DNA of 63,902 nt, the filler included, from Lenisia limosa (Eukaryota; Protista; Breviatea): NCBI GenBank assembly GCA_001655205.1. It is 6 parts of 6 records of this genome, joined end to end, with 100 filler letters (N's around TTAATTAATTAA, not from the genome) between each part and the next. Parts side by side here need not be neighbours in the genome. Positions count along the whole stretch, not along the records: positions 14,545 to 33,063 come from LPNZ01006985.1; positions 33,164 to 36,169 come from LPNZ01000778.1; positions 36,270 to 56,111 come from LPNZ01009517.1; 3 more parts are not named here. The stretch is one strand, 5' to 3'. Below are positions 28,839 to 45,912 of the stretch, one piece after another. The translations under genes were made by a program, and so were the position numbers. Under the pieces are notes generated by a model that searched no databases, was not told the origin of the DNA, and saw nothing but the letters and a program-made list of their open reading frames with translations. The first letter of the stretch is position 1; each line of letters begins with the position of its first letter.

Positions 28839-31800
28839 ATGGGCGTTATTCTTCAAGCCTATGTACTACTTGCAGGGTTTTTAAGCCTTGTATATGCCCA
28901 AAATATGTTGGTTGGGGCTTGTTGGGGTGAGCAGATCTACAGTATTATCTCGTAGTTCTGGAATCTGGAAGTTTCATTAGATTCAATTACCAGGCGTTTG
29001 ATCTTTTGGCTTGTGATTTATATTTATACACCAATGTTCTTCAGCTTGAATTTCCTTATCTTACACTACAACCCTAGGATAAACCCACAAGGCAAGTCGC
29101 AATTTAACCTGGAGGAAGCTACTGAGGCTTTCCACGCGGCTAGTTTTGGAGGTAATTGGTTCTTATTCTTTTTTTTGCTTCTATTACTTATTATTATTAT
29201 TATTATCATTTGTTTTTAAACAATTTAACTTGATTTGGGCTTTTTTTTGTTTCATAAATGTTCCAATTTTACTCTCCACCNNNNNNNNNNNNNNNNNNNN
29301 NNNNNNNNNNNNNNNNNNNNNNNNNNNNNNNNNNNNNNNNNNTGGAAGTAGAGTTTTCTGGCCTCCGCCTGACAGCTACAGGATCAAGTGCAAATGTTTC
29401 CGTATTCGTATGAGGCGAATTTGGAAGGGATATACTGGGGTGACTACCTTTTAATATGAACCTCTTTAGTTTCCAGGAATGAAAAACAAAAACAATGTAC
29501 GGTGAGAGACCTCTGCCCTCCCAGCCTTCCCAATATTGAATAATATGAATATCCTCATTTTTCTCAAGGCTTTTTTGAGAAACTGTTATATCTAACCTTC
29601 ATGATATTTGGAAGGGCTGTCTCTTTGTAAAGCAGTCACCCCTTCCATAAATTAGTGCATGTGTTTTTATTTTCACACTTTATTTTTTATTGTAAAGGGA
29701 TCCTGTCCTGAAGGAATGGAGCTCAATTATGAAACTAAGAGAATTTCTTGCACTTTTGCAAACGGCTGGGATAACGCCCCAGCCTGTGTTCCCCGTTAGT
29801 GGGGTGGAGTGTGTTTTGCTGTTTCTTTTGTGTTTTTCCTTAGTTTGTTTTGTGAGCTGCATTTGACGGATTAGTTCAATGCCCACTGGATGGGACTTTT
29901 AGCATCAAGCTTCAGACGGCAAACTGCACTACAGGTTGGTTTTGATTTGTTGTGAACATTTGATACTTTTGGACCGCAACACTGGAGCACTATCTGGTTT
30001 AGAGTAACGATGAAATACGGTCTGAAAAAGACCGGTAAACGATAGTTATCGAGGATTTATCGAGAGATTCGGTATTTTTTGGGACCATAGGGAAGCTTTA
30101 GTTATAAATATTCACATTATCAGCTTTGTAATAGAATGCAGTTTCTTTAAAAAACCAAACGCTTTTCGTGTTGGTTCAGGAGTACACATGATATAAAATT
30201 GAGTAATTTTAAAGAAATAACTGACCTAAGTTGACCATATCATCAACTTACCATGTTGCTTTACATTTTAGGAAATTATGATTATGGAACAGTTTGTGAG
30301 TTTACCTGTGACGGAGACCCGTCTCCGAGGTATTCTGTGAGCTGGAGAATGGCATTATGAAGATGAGGGTGTTCTAACTTTCCAAAAAGGACCGTTAACC
30401 ATCGATATCAAGGATTTTTCAGGGGGGGGGGAGGCATCAGTGTTTTTTGGAATCTTTTGAAGCCTTTATCATTATAGTATAGAATATGGTCTCGTTATAT
30501 TATAATTAACCCAATCACTTGCCTAATAACTCCGTACTTTATGACTTATTGTTTCTGACCCTTAATCCAGGCCTGTCAGGCGGATAAGACTTTCAACAGT
30601 GACAGCTTCTGTGGAAACTGTAAAGGGGTAGACATTGTCTCAAAAATTTACTTTACGAATTTAGGCAATTCTTCTGAATTGCTTTCGGGTTGTCTCAATA
30701 AGGAAAAGTCAAGATTTTTGCTTTATTTCGCATCTCTACATATTATTTCGATAGCTCATCTGTGATTGGGTTGTGGTAACCGGAAAAAGAGAAGTCTCGT
30801 TTTTTTAATGACAATATTTCAATATGACTTTGGAATAAAGAAGCATTAAAGGAGAATTAGGGATCCGTACCATTGAAATGTATTATCGATACAGTTGGGC
30901 AGTACTGCTTGGAGTAGAAAAGTTGTATCAGACCATCACAGTCCTAATCTCTTGTTCAAAATTAGATATTTCTTCACCTTTCAGCTGGCTCCATAGTAGT
31001 TTGTGGAAGTGGCTCGTCGTACAACCTTGGACGGGTATGCAGTAGGGCTTTACTTTATTATATATAAATTCATCGAGTGAAACGGCTGGTCTAACAGCCT
31101 CATTGCTATCCATATTAGAATCCTATCTTTTCTGATTATCAATTATGGTTGCATTTTTTGTAATCTCAGTCTTTTGTTCATGATACACCTTTATTCATAC
31201 TTTACTATATGATTTTGCTAATGTGATTCACATACATACATCAAAGGCACATCAAGAAATGAGATTTTTTGGACCATAGGGAAGCGATACTTGTAGTAAA
31301 TCACTTAGGGGACAACAGAGAACGTGTACTATCCGTCCGTTGCCACATTGACTACTGCAATGGGATGGAGTGACGAAACTGTTCAAATCCAGAGTGCAGT
31401 AAACTTGTTGTGTGGTCGCGATCTGAGTGGGAGGGGGGGGGATACAACTTGGGCTTCACTTCGGTTTGAAAAATACCAGCAAAATATCGATAGTTTTTGA
31501 GGATTTATCGAGAAATCCCGTCTTTTTTTGAACCGAAGTGAAGCCCTAAATACAATACTTTGTGGCAAGCTGTTGTGGGAGGAGGGGGGCAATACAACAC
31601 TTTGATTCCCTTCCTCCTCTCCTCCCTCCTCCCTAGAGAAGAGGCGAGGGAGAGGGGGGAAGCTGTTGCTCATTTTTCTCAATTCGCCTATCCTTCTTCA
31701 TTTACTATTTTAGCGGATAAAATTACCTGTGTTGGCCGTAATACTGACAAGCAAGTCACAGACTCAGCTACTACCCCCATCGAAACGCCTACACTGACGT

Positions 31801-32505
31801 ATGGTGGAGGTCATTCTTGCGTATGAAAAATTTTCGTGTATATCACCACATCACTTTGTGGAAAATGAAAAGTCATATTTGCATTGACAGTGGTTTACAC
31901 ACAAGGATGAAGAACCAACAGGGGCTATTTTTTACTTCTTAGTGCTGATTTTGGAGTTATCGGCGAGATTATCAAAGACTTCAGAACAGGCGGCTACTAT
32001 GGAGCTGTGTTGACTGGTGGGTTGGGGCTATTATGGAATTATGAAGAGTGGTACTGCACACGACTTGAATAATAATAGCAATGTGTTAATCATGTTACCC
32101 AAAGTCGCCTTACATTATTAATAGGGCTCCATGCTATTAATTGAGTAATGTCAAAATTTAAAGTGGGATACATTGCAATGAGAACCCTATTTCTGACACG
32201 TTAATTTCACATTTTGTCAATGAATTTCCTCAAAATATTAATAGCACGGTGTCGTAATTATTACTATCGTTTTTTGAACCATATCTCCCAAGTTTTATAA
32301 TAATACAGTTTGTTATTCTCAAAGCTGAGAATATGTTGATTGAATCAGGTGTTAGGCCAAATACACATTCCTTTTAGAAGGGATATTGTTGATAGTATAT
32401 TAAAGTAATAATATCTTGCTTTCAGAATCGGGCAAGGTTTACACCTGGGGTACCAACCAGTATAACCAGCTACTGAGGACCACAGCATCGGGCTCCGTTT
32501 TACAG
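28839..32505 (+). CDS. Putative secreted protein, Sushi/CCP-like modules plus RCC1-like repeats (paralog 2), 3' truncated by contig end
   Basis: Signal-peptide-like MGVILQAYVLLAGFLSLVYAQ. Exons NPQGKSQFNLEEATEAFHAASFG, GSCPEGMELNYETKRISCTFANGWDNAPACVP, QCPLDGTFSIKLQTANCTT, NYDYGTVCEFTCDG, DKITCVGRNTDKQ, DFGVIGEIIKDFRTGGYYGAVLT and SGKVYTWGTNQYNQLLRT. Confidence 0.65.
31449..31548. mobile_element. hAT-like MITE family A, representative 100-bp copy (about 25 full or partial copies seen by eye)
   Basis: TIR T(A/T)GGGCTTCACTTCGGTT...AACCGAAGTGAAGCCCTA, with flanks gatacaac/aatacaat. Other copies are at about 2050, 3510, 5068, 6584, 7329, 11756, 12631, 23054, 25466, 27324, 27690, 30015, 35190, 56455, 56820, 57060, 58035, 58240, 58315, 60480 and 62676. 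Confidence 0.8.
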
Positions 32506-33023
32506 GTATGGAGGAGGTGAGCAGAGTAATCATTCCAGATGCCACCTTATTTTTTATTTCTCATTGCTACATATAGTATTCATAAATCATACCTGGCAAT
32601 TTGGCAATAGGTTGTTGGAGTGTTGGTAAGTATTTATTTTGAGATCCATTTTTTCATATTTTGAATGTAGCTATATATATGTTTTTGTTTTGAGGTAAGC
32701 ATTAGGAGCCTGAGTTTAGCAATATTGATAAAAGACGATGATAATTCCCATCTACAATTAATAGTCCGACCAAAGGGAAATTGTTTGGAGGTGAAAGAAA
32801 TTGTGTGTCTGAGAAGGTGGCGGATTTACAACAGATAGGGGAGATGCGGTATGAAGAATTACCCACTCAAGCGTATATTGCATATTGCGCGATAGTGGTT
32901 TCTTTTTTAGTCTCTCTTTTCTTTCCTTACCATTTTCAAGACTATCAAGGAGTTTTAATGTAGAATTTCCAGCTGTTTTCTTTCCCCATTTTTAATTGTC
33001 ATGAAATAATATATGTGATGGGT

Positions 33024-33063
33024 CAAAATGCGGATCAGTGGACAAAATGCGGATCAGTGGACA
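33024..33063 (+). repeat. 20-bp tandem repeat at a contig end
   Basis: caaaatgcggatcagtggac occurs twice and runs into the linker. Confidence 0.7.
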
Positions 33064-33163
33064 NNNNNNNNNNNNNNNNNNNNNNNNNNNNNNNNNNNNN
33101 NNNNNNNTTAATTAATTAANNNNNNNNNNNNNNNNNNNNNNNNNNNNNNNNNNNNNNNNNNNN
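33064..33163. other. Artificial contig linker
   Basis: N44-TTAATTAATTAA-N44. Confidence 0.97.
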
Positions 33164-33280
33164 AAACCGCCATCCGCAGCCTCTCTGCAGCCCTCTGCCC
33201 ACTCCCATCCTCCCATCCATTGCCCTCAGCCTCAGCTCAGCCTTTTCTCTTTCTTTTGCATCACAGTAGTAACATAGAAA

Positions 33281-36108
33281 ATGATTGTAGCTGTCCGCGA
33301 GAAGCTCTACCTTGGAGACAGCGATGCAGCAAGTGACGAAGAAAACCTACTTAAAATGGGAATTACTGACATCTGCACTATCGCGGAGATGAAGCCTGAA
33401 TTTCCTGATACCTTCCATTACCTTGTCATACCCGTCCTTGATGTTCCTGAAGCGGATTTGATTTCTTACTTTGACGAGGCTCTGACATTCATCAGCAATG
33501 GACTCAATAGTGGAGCGGTTCTCATCCACTGGTATGTTGGCATATCAATTATGGTTTTATAGAGGTTTGAAATTTCCTAAGTTCGCTAAACATAAGGCAA
33601 ACTTGGATAAAATATGAACAAATTCAAAGTGTTTTCTCTAGAGTTGATTTTTTTTAGTGTTGCTGGAGTGTCGCGTTCCGTTGCTGTGCTCATGGCTCAT
33701 TTGATGAAGACTGAGGTCGGTGTTCGATTTACGTTGTTAATCTTTAGACGTTGACAACATATGACTGTCTGGATGCTGTGAAAGCCATCCACCCGGCTGC
33801 AGGTCCTAATTCAGGTTTGCGTCAAAGAACACAATAGCCACGTTGATAAGTCATGTCCCTGGTTATCTTGGCTCATGAAATAGGCTTTATGGAGCAGCTT
33901 GAACTGTTCGAGATGATGGCCTTCGAAATAGAATACAGTCACCCCCTTTACCTTTCTTACAGAGTGCAGGCAATGGCAAATGCTTTCCTTTGTTTGTTGG
34001 GGTGTTTAATGCTTTTTACGTATCATACATATGTACTATCCAATGATTTATCTATTGCATTCATATCTTTGCCTAATTTTCAAAAGTGTGAGCTGTCTTT
34101 TTTTGCAGAAAACTGTGTACACAGAGTTGTCAAGCAAATGATTGGATGAATTAATCGTATAATATTTGTTAAAGGTGATAATCTCCACACTCGTTAATTT
34201 GGAATCTATAACAAAAAAAAAATTGTTGAACACACTTCTACATTTCAAACTGTTTTTGTTGGGTGCGGACAATTGAGTGCTGATTTTGTTAAGAAAATAC
34301 GTTTTTTTTCTTGACAGTATTCCGTAACGCTAGATAATTTCAATTGGTACATCTTTCAAAAATATTGTCAACTTCGTTCACTCATGTACATTGCAGCAAC
34401 TGGAAAAGTTGGCCATTTACGAAGAGGGCCTAAAAAGGGCGAACTGGAGAAGGCAAAGGCAATTGTTGGAGGGTTTACGCTATTTTTGGCATAATTTACG
34501 GTTACATGATGCAATGTTATTGCGGTACTGCTTTTTGGTGGGATTCCAAAGAGTTGTAAGGCTATTGAATTAGCAAAACACCGTCTTACCCTTTTATATC
34601 AAAAGGATAACATGGCCGGCTTCAGCCAAAGGCAACTGTTTATCTTTTATCTTAGTGTCGTTTCAACCAAGTCTGACAAATGATGTGACCTTTCAGGCCA
34701 CTTGCTACGAGTGTCGCCAGCCTCTTTTCACAGATCTAAACGTTCTCCAGCACGAAGTTGGAAAGGGTCAAGAGGCATTCAGATGGAAAAAGAGAGACTG
34801 TCATGTTTGGGGGAACTCAAGTTGTAAATATTGGGTTATGATATCTAACGTGTATTTAGCCATTTCAACGAAAGATATATCATACTATATAGTAATATAT
34901 GTACTATATAGTATACAGTATATATGTATATATACTATGTGTGTGTGTGTGGAATAATAAACAAAACACTGAAATTGTACCAGTTGCTATGGACCACATT
35001 TTACATTGTAGGGAGGAGGTTGTAACAGTTACTTCATTGAGCCACTAAGATGGATGGCTGGAATCCAAAACAATCAAGGTGAGTAAAAAGTAGTTCTATT
35101 TCAGTTTAAATTTTTAATCATTCATAGGGCACAAGACAGGTTTAGGAGGGCATAATTGGGTAGTTAATTGTACAGGGGTATGTATGTAACACGGTCCGAA
35201 AAAGACCGGTAAAATATCGATATTTATCGAGGATTTATCGGGAATTCAGTTTATTTGGGGACCCTAGGGAAGCCCTAATCATATCATATGTGTCTTGTAG
35301 ATATCTTGGGGAGGCAGAGTTGTACGGCAAATGATTGGGTGAACTCTTGTTTACGTGATATTGTGAATAGTTTTGGCCAGATACTATTTTTTTTTAATGA
35401 TTTCTACATATTTCAGAGAATTTTAAATAGTGTACAACCTCAAGTCGAATTTTACTCCCAGGCAAAATGCTGTGTCCTAACTGCAGTTGTCGTCTTGGAA
35501 CATTCACTTGGTACGCCCTGAAAATAATGGGTACTGAATGATACTGTTTATGATCCTGAATTAATATTATACGATAATTAAAATATCTTTTCAGCATTAT
35601 TGTATGGATGGCTTCGGTCAAATGCTCTTTTTTTATTTCTCATTTCTACATATGATGCGGGTTCTAGCTTTTATTGTTTTTCTTGTGTGTTGTCTTACAA
35701 TAGTATATGATCTGAACATATATCTGTATGGCTAATTTGTGGGCTCCGTGCAATTAATTGGAAAATGAATTTCAAAATTTGAAGTCGGACATATTGTAAC
35801 GAGAACCCTATTCCAGACAATTAATTTCCTCAAAGAATTAATTGCATGGAGCCCACTAATTTGATAGATAAAACTGAAGTTGGGCTGTTTTCACATGTGT
35901 CTTTTGATTTACAGTTAAGGTCTGGTGCTCAGTGTTCTTGTGGACAGTGGATTACGCCTGCTTTTCAGGTGACTAAAACAAAGGTATGGGATATTTTGGC
36001 TCTTTCTCAAAAATTTGATATGCAACATATATTACCTTGGGCATTTGGACACACCACTATATCCTCTTGTTCATATTTCAGGTTGACTACATGGACAGTT
36101 TGGAATAA
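33281..36108 (+). CDS. DUSP12: Dual-specificity phosphatase with C-terminal zinc-binding domain (DUSP12/Yvh1), complete
   Basis: KLYLGD..GITDICTIA..LIHC|VAGVSRS (intact catalytic loop)..GPNS|GFMEQLELF, then zinc-domain exons CYECRQPLF..HEVGKGQEAFRWKK, CNSYFIEPLRWM, GKMLCPNCSCRLGTFTW, SGAQCSCGQWITPAFQVTKTK|VDYMDSLE*. Confidence 0.92.
35740..35855. mobile_element. hAT-like MITE family B (116 bp) in a DUSP12 intron
   Basis: TIR TGGGCTCC(G/A)TGCAATTAATT with a perfect 8-bp target-site duplication CTAATTTG (35732-39 and 35856-63). Confidence 0.88.
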
Positions 36109-36169
36109 AGCGTCTTCTTTTTCCTTTTGATACACACAGAACAGAGAGTGTGAATTAGTCATTGTGTTG

Positions 36170-36269
36170 NNNNNNNNNNNNNNNNNNNNNNNNNNNNNNN
36201 NNNNNNNNNNNNNTTAATTAATTAANNNNNNNNNNNNNNNNNNNNNNNNNNNNNNNNNNNNNNNNNNNN
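36170..36269. other. Artificial contig linker
   Basis: N44-TTAATTAATTAA-N44. Confidence 0.97.
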
Positions 36270-37241
36270 ACATTTCTTGGTAGCTCTCTACTCCCCACTA
36301 ACCATCATTTTATTCTTTCCCTCTCTCCCTTTCTCTCTCTCTCTCTCAACAGCGGCGACAGGCTTCTTCTTGTCCACAGCTTCAGCTCTCGTGGTTAGGG
36401 GTGCCATTGTATTTTTTTATAAAAATAGTTGAGAATGGCTGTTCTCGTTTTTACATTTTCCACAATAAACAGCAGATTATTATTATTTACATCCAATATA
36501 ATAATTATATAGTCCCCATTCACATAGTGTCTCATTTGCTGTGCTCTTTTCTTTTCAAGTATTCCTCTTTATGCCAATAGCTAAAGAACATTTATTTGAT
36601 TGCGTCCTTCCAATATTCATTTATATTCAAAGAAAACTGGACCCCAAAACCCTTATAAGGGTCGAATCTGATTTTTAAAATCACGTAAGTAGGCTTGAGA
36701 TAAATCCTAACATTTTGACTCAAGTTATCAAATTCTCGTTTGATTGGGTCAAATACTTTTTGCAATAACAAGAATTATTCATTTACTCTTGTAAAAGTAG
36801 CAAAAAGATATGGTCACCGCCACAATCTATCGGCTGCTAGTAGAAGCTTCCCAATTATGAGTTTGAGCANNNNNNNNNNNNNNNNNNNNNNNNNNNNNNN
36901 NNNNNNNNNNNNNNNNNNNNNNNNNNNNNNNNNNNNAAGCTTGTAATTGCCACTGAGGCTAACTGTACCCATTTTTAGAATTTTCATGTCAGGACTGTTT
37001 ATAATACAAATATCATATGATATAATAAAACTACACTGTGGAATTTTTCTGAAGGGTCTTTTTTATAACAAGTTTTCAATATTTATTATTTTGCAGGGGA
37101 AAAAAAAAAAAAAAAAGAGCGCTCACAATAAAACATTATTACAGTCTCTCTTCATATTCCCATTTTTCATTCACCTTCTAAGAATGCCTTCTCTTTTTAT
37201 TTTCCTTCAATGTCAAAAGGTGATGCTTTTTTTTTATCCAG

Positions 37242-42257
<5,016 letters not shown>

Positions 42258-43917
42258 GTTCGCCAGTGTGGAAATGGAAAATAATATATCGTATTCGTAA
42301 TGCTTGTTTCATAGTGTGCATTAATTTTTGACCTTTCAACACTTTTCATATGATCAATTCCTCCTATAAAAAGAAGGTAATAGTCAGTATTTTGAAGTAT
42401 TTTGAAAGCATTTTGATCCAACATGATTATTATTATCTGAGGAGCTTGGGTTTAGCGAAACACACATAGTAGTAAGAGAAGTACGGCTCCGCAGGAGATT
42501 ATGGTAATTTGTTTTTTGGTATCCTGATGTATAAATCCCTGGATTATATTTTAAAGGTGGTTCAGTCCTTTTTTGATTTTGTGAAAAATATATTAAATGT
42601 GGTAATTAAAGCCACTACTCGGAAAATCATCTCAGAAGGAGGTTTATTACAGCCAACTTCTTGTAAGCGAGACAAAATGGGCTGAGCTTGCTGTTTAGGG
42701 AGAGGTTGCCGAATTGATGCTACGTAGTTTCTCTGACATTATAGTTGTCCCAAGAGTACTATGCACACCGGGCGTCTTCAAGAATGTCGTTGTACAAAGG
42801 CCAAAATTTGGAGCAAGCCCATCCTCAGCGCTGTAGCTTTTAGTGTCTTGTTAGGACTAATTTGATTTTATTCCTTTGTTATCTAGTAAAACTGCACAAT
42901 AGTGCAGGTGTATCAGGGGGGGGGGGGGGGNNNNNNNNNNNNNNNNNNNNNNNNNNNNNNNNNNNNNNNNNNNNNNNNNNNNNNNNNNNNNNNNNNNNNN
43001 NNNNNNNNNNNNNNNNNNNNNNNNNNCCAGAGCTTGCCGTCTCAATAATAGTTAATATCAACCAATAAGGAGGGAAAGAACTCTGGAGGGGCAAGAGTTG
43101 AACATCTCAGTAGAGAGACAAAAACTCAAGCACTCCTCGATAATGTGACAAATGCAGATAAAATCCAATTTAAAGCCAGAGAATTCTTAACTGGGTGAAT
43201 GAGAGTAAATTCAGGAACATCAACCAGGAAATCGCCAAAATCAGTATCCCAATAGTCTTGTTCAATATTAAAGACATCAACAGATTCCCAAGCACCTCAA
43301 TTTTACTCTAAAGCATGGTGGGGGTTTTATCATGGTATGGTATGGAGAATTATTGTTCCCCTGGTTGAATTAAAGGGGAGCTGTGTTTTTTTTTTCTCGT
43401 TTTTTTTGTTGTTTCCTTCTGTTTTTTTTATTTTTATTTATTATTATTTTATTATTAGTATTTTATTTTTTTTGGTCGTTGTTCCATCCTCAAAGGCCAA
43501 AAAGACCCCTTTGAGCCCCCGCGTAAATCGAACCAGCTTCAGAGCCCCAAAAAATCGTTGAATAGACAGTCCATCCACCTGGCAGCTGCGCCTGAACTCC
43601 AACAAACATCATCGACGTCCTCCCAGAATTTGTTTATTATTACGCTTATGGCTTTTTCTTTCGTTACCCAAAAAGACTGAAAACTATGCATGAATCATGT
43701 ATTTGTCATGTGTAATCACTTCAGCCCGGCCCCCCACACCACGCACACACACACATTACCATCTACCCCCAGCAATCATGCATTTATATCGCGCCACCGT
43801 CAACCGTTAGCAATTGTACTCCTCTACATTACACATATTCCCATCCACCATTTTCCCTTCCTCGCCAATCAGTGTTATTCCACCCCCTTTAAAAAACCTT
43901 AAATTCTTATGTGTGCA

Positions 43918-44020
43918 CAGAGTTGTAAGGCAAATGATTGGGTGAATTATAATTTCTGGTATCTCTTATAAGCGTGATGGTGTGAACGGCTTCGGCCGGA
44001 TACAACCTTGTTTTATTACT
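43918..44020 (+). repeat. Unclassified dispersed repeat (family R2), representative copy
   Basis: cagagttgt..ggcaaatgattgggtgaatt..gatggtgtg(a/g)acggcttcggcc..atacaaccttg. Copies or fragments are at about 2330, 5425(-), 7152, 10805, 13245(-), 30500(-), 34120, 35318, 35600 and 58125(-). Confidence 0.7.
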
Positions 44021-45448
44021 ATCTAGGAATAAATGACAACTATCCAAAAAAGTTTACCTTGTAGAAAGTGCTATTCATTTTTCTTTCAAAATCCACCATC
44101 ACATTACCAAAGCAAAAGGGAATCTGTAACCAATTACTTTGTGGGGTGCCCCATCATCATTCTTTCCCACTTACCTCCATCAAACACATTTTTTTTCAAT
44201 TTGACCTCCCCCCCCCCCCTGAATAAAGCAGGCCCATCATACCNNNNNNNNNNNNNNNNNNNNNNNNNNNNNNNNNNNNNNNNNNNNNTCACATCATACC
44301 CTCTACTCGACAATCTCCACCCCAAACTACTTCCATCACATTTCTCTCTTTCTAAACCCACATAATATACTCCTACCCGTCATATAGATTCATAAGCATG
44401 CCCTTTTGTCTTGAATGATGGTGTGTTACCCGACTATATCCTTACCCCAGTTCTTTATCGAATGTCCTTNNNNNNNNNNNNNNNNNNNNNNNNNNNNNNN
44501 NNNNNNNNNNNNNNNNNNNNNNNNNNNNNNNNNNNNNNNNNNNNNNNNNNNNNNNNNNNNNNNNNNNNNNNNNNNNNNNNNNNNNNNNNNNNNNNNNNNN
44601 NNNNNNNNNNNNNNNNNNNNNNNNNNNNNNNNNNNNNNNNNNNNNNNNNNNNNNNNNNNNNNNNNNNNNNNNNNNNNNNNNNNNNNNNNNNCTTTTTTTT
44701 TTTACTAAAAAACAAACTTGTGCAAGACAAACCCAAAAAGTTCGATGCACATCTCGCTTTAAGACACTCCACTTCCGTGTTTCAGCCCCTCCCATGTTTG
44801 TTGGTTATTTCACTGTTTTGGACAAGATAATTTCATTAAAACAAAGCAAACTTGACATCATACTTCCTTCTTTCAGCATCTTTGTTTACCCCACCCTCTC
44901 TATCATTCCAAAAATATCAAACTGCTCAGACGTTACCTAAAGGATTGAATGATGGTTTGGGAGAGAAAAAATATAGTATTTTGGAATGAAAATCTGGAGA
45001 GGATCAATCAGCCAAGTCCACAGATGCACAATTGGGTTCAATCTGGTGGCTGGGCAGGCCAGTCCATATTTTCGAAGTTTTGGCTATTGGGTACTTTAGG
45101 GTAATCATTTTCTAAGTTGGAGGCTATTGCCCGTGCAATAAATGGTGTCCTGACAAGTGAAGACTTTTTTTATTATTATTATTATTTTTGAAGGGGCTGT
45201 CGCAAACACAGAAATGGGTGTCACAGACACGGAAGAAACCCGGAAGGGGCTGCCAACACTATTGAATTATGCAAGTATTATACCATAAAGCAAGTTTTTT
45301 TTTTTTTTTTTGNNNNNNNNNNNNNNNNNNNNNNNNNNNNNNNNNNNNNNNNNNNNNNNNNNNNNNNNNNNNNNNAGAACGATCATGCATAAAAATTCAC
45401 CATTAATAATAAAACAATCCCTTTTTTTTTATTGTTGTTATTTTTTAG

Positions 45449-45912
45449 GTTGAATTAAATACCAACAATTCGGTAGAAAATTATTCTAACCTCAGAGATA
45501 TTCATTTATTCGCTCTAAGGCAAATCACAAGAGTGTGTTTTCTTCAATTAATCAGAATAAACCTTTTTTGATGCCTGAAAGTGAATCTTTATTGCAATTA
45601 AAAAGTTTTGAAGACCAGGTGGCTGGAATTACTGATACTATTATGTATTATTCTCCAAATAATGCAACATCTATCGGTTCAAGAATTTCTTTTTACTTAA
45701 CCTCTCAATTACATCATTCAAGGTTTTGTTCCCTGAAAAAAAAGATGAAAAAACAGGATGCTGCTTTAGATCACACTTTTATTGACTCTTCAAAATCTGT
45801 TGCAAGTGGTCGTAATCCCTTTATATTTTACTCACATGAGGTACTTCTTTATTGTAATTTGATTAATTCAATTTGTTCACCGTTTAACTATTTACACCTT
45901 TTCAGTATTTAA
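45449..45912 (+). CDS. Cluster of short exons separated by tiny introns (downstream SWR1 exons or an unknown gene)
   Basis: The frame VELNTNNS..RQITR|NKPFLMPESESLLQLKSFEDQ is joined by removing a 23-nt GT-AG intron (45533-45555). No homology was recognised. Confidence 0.35.
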
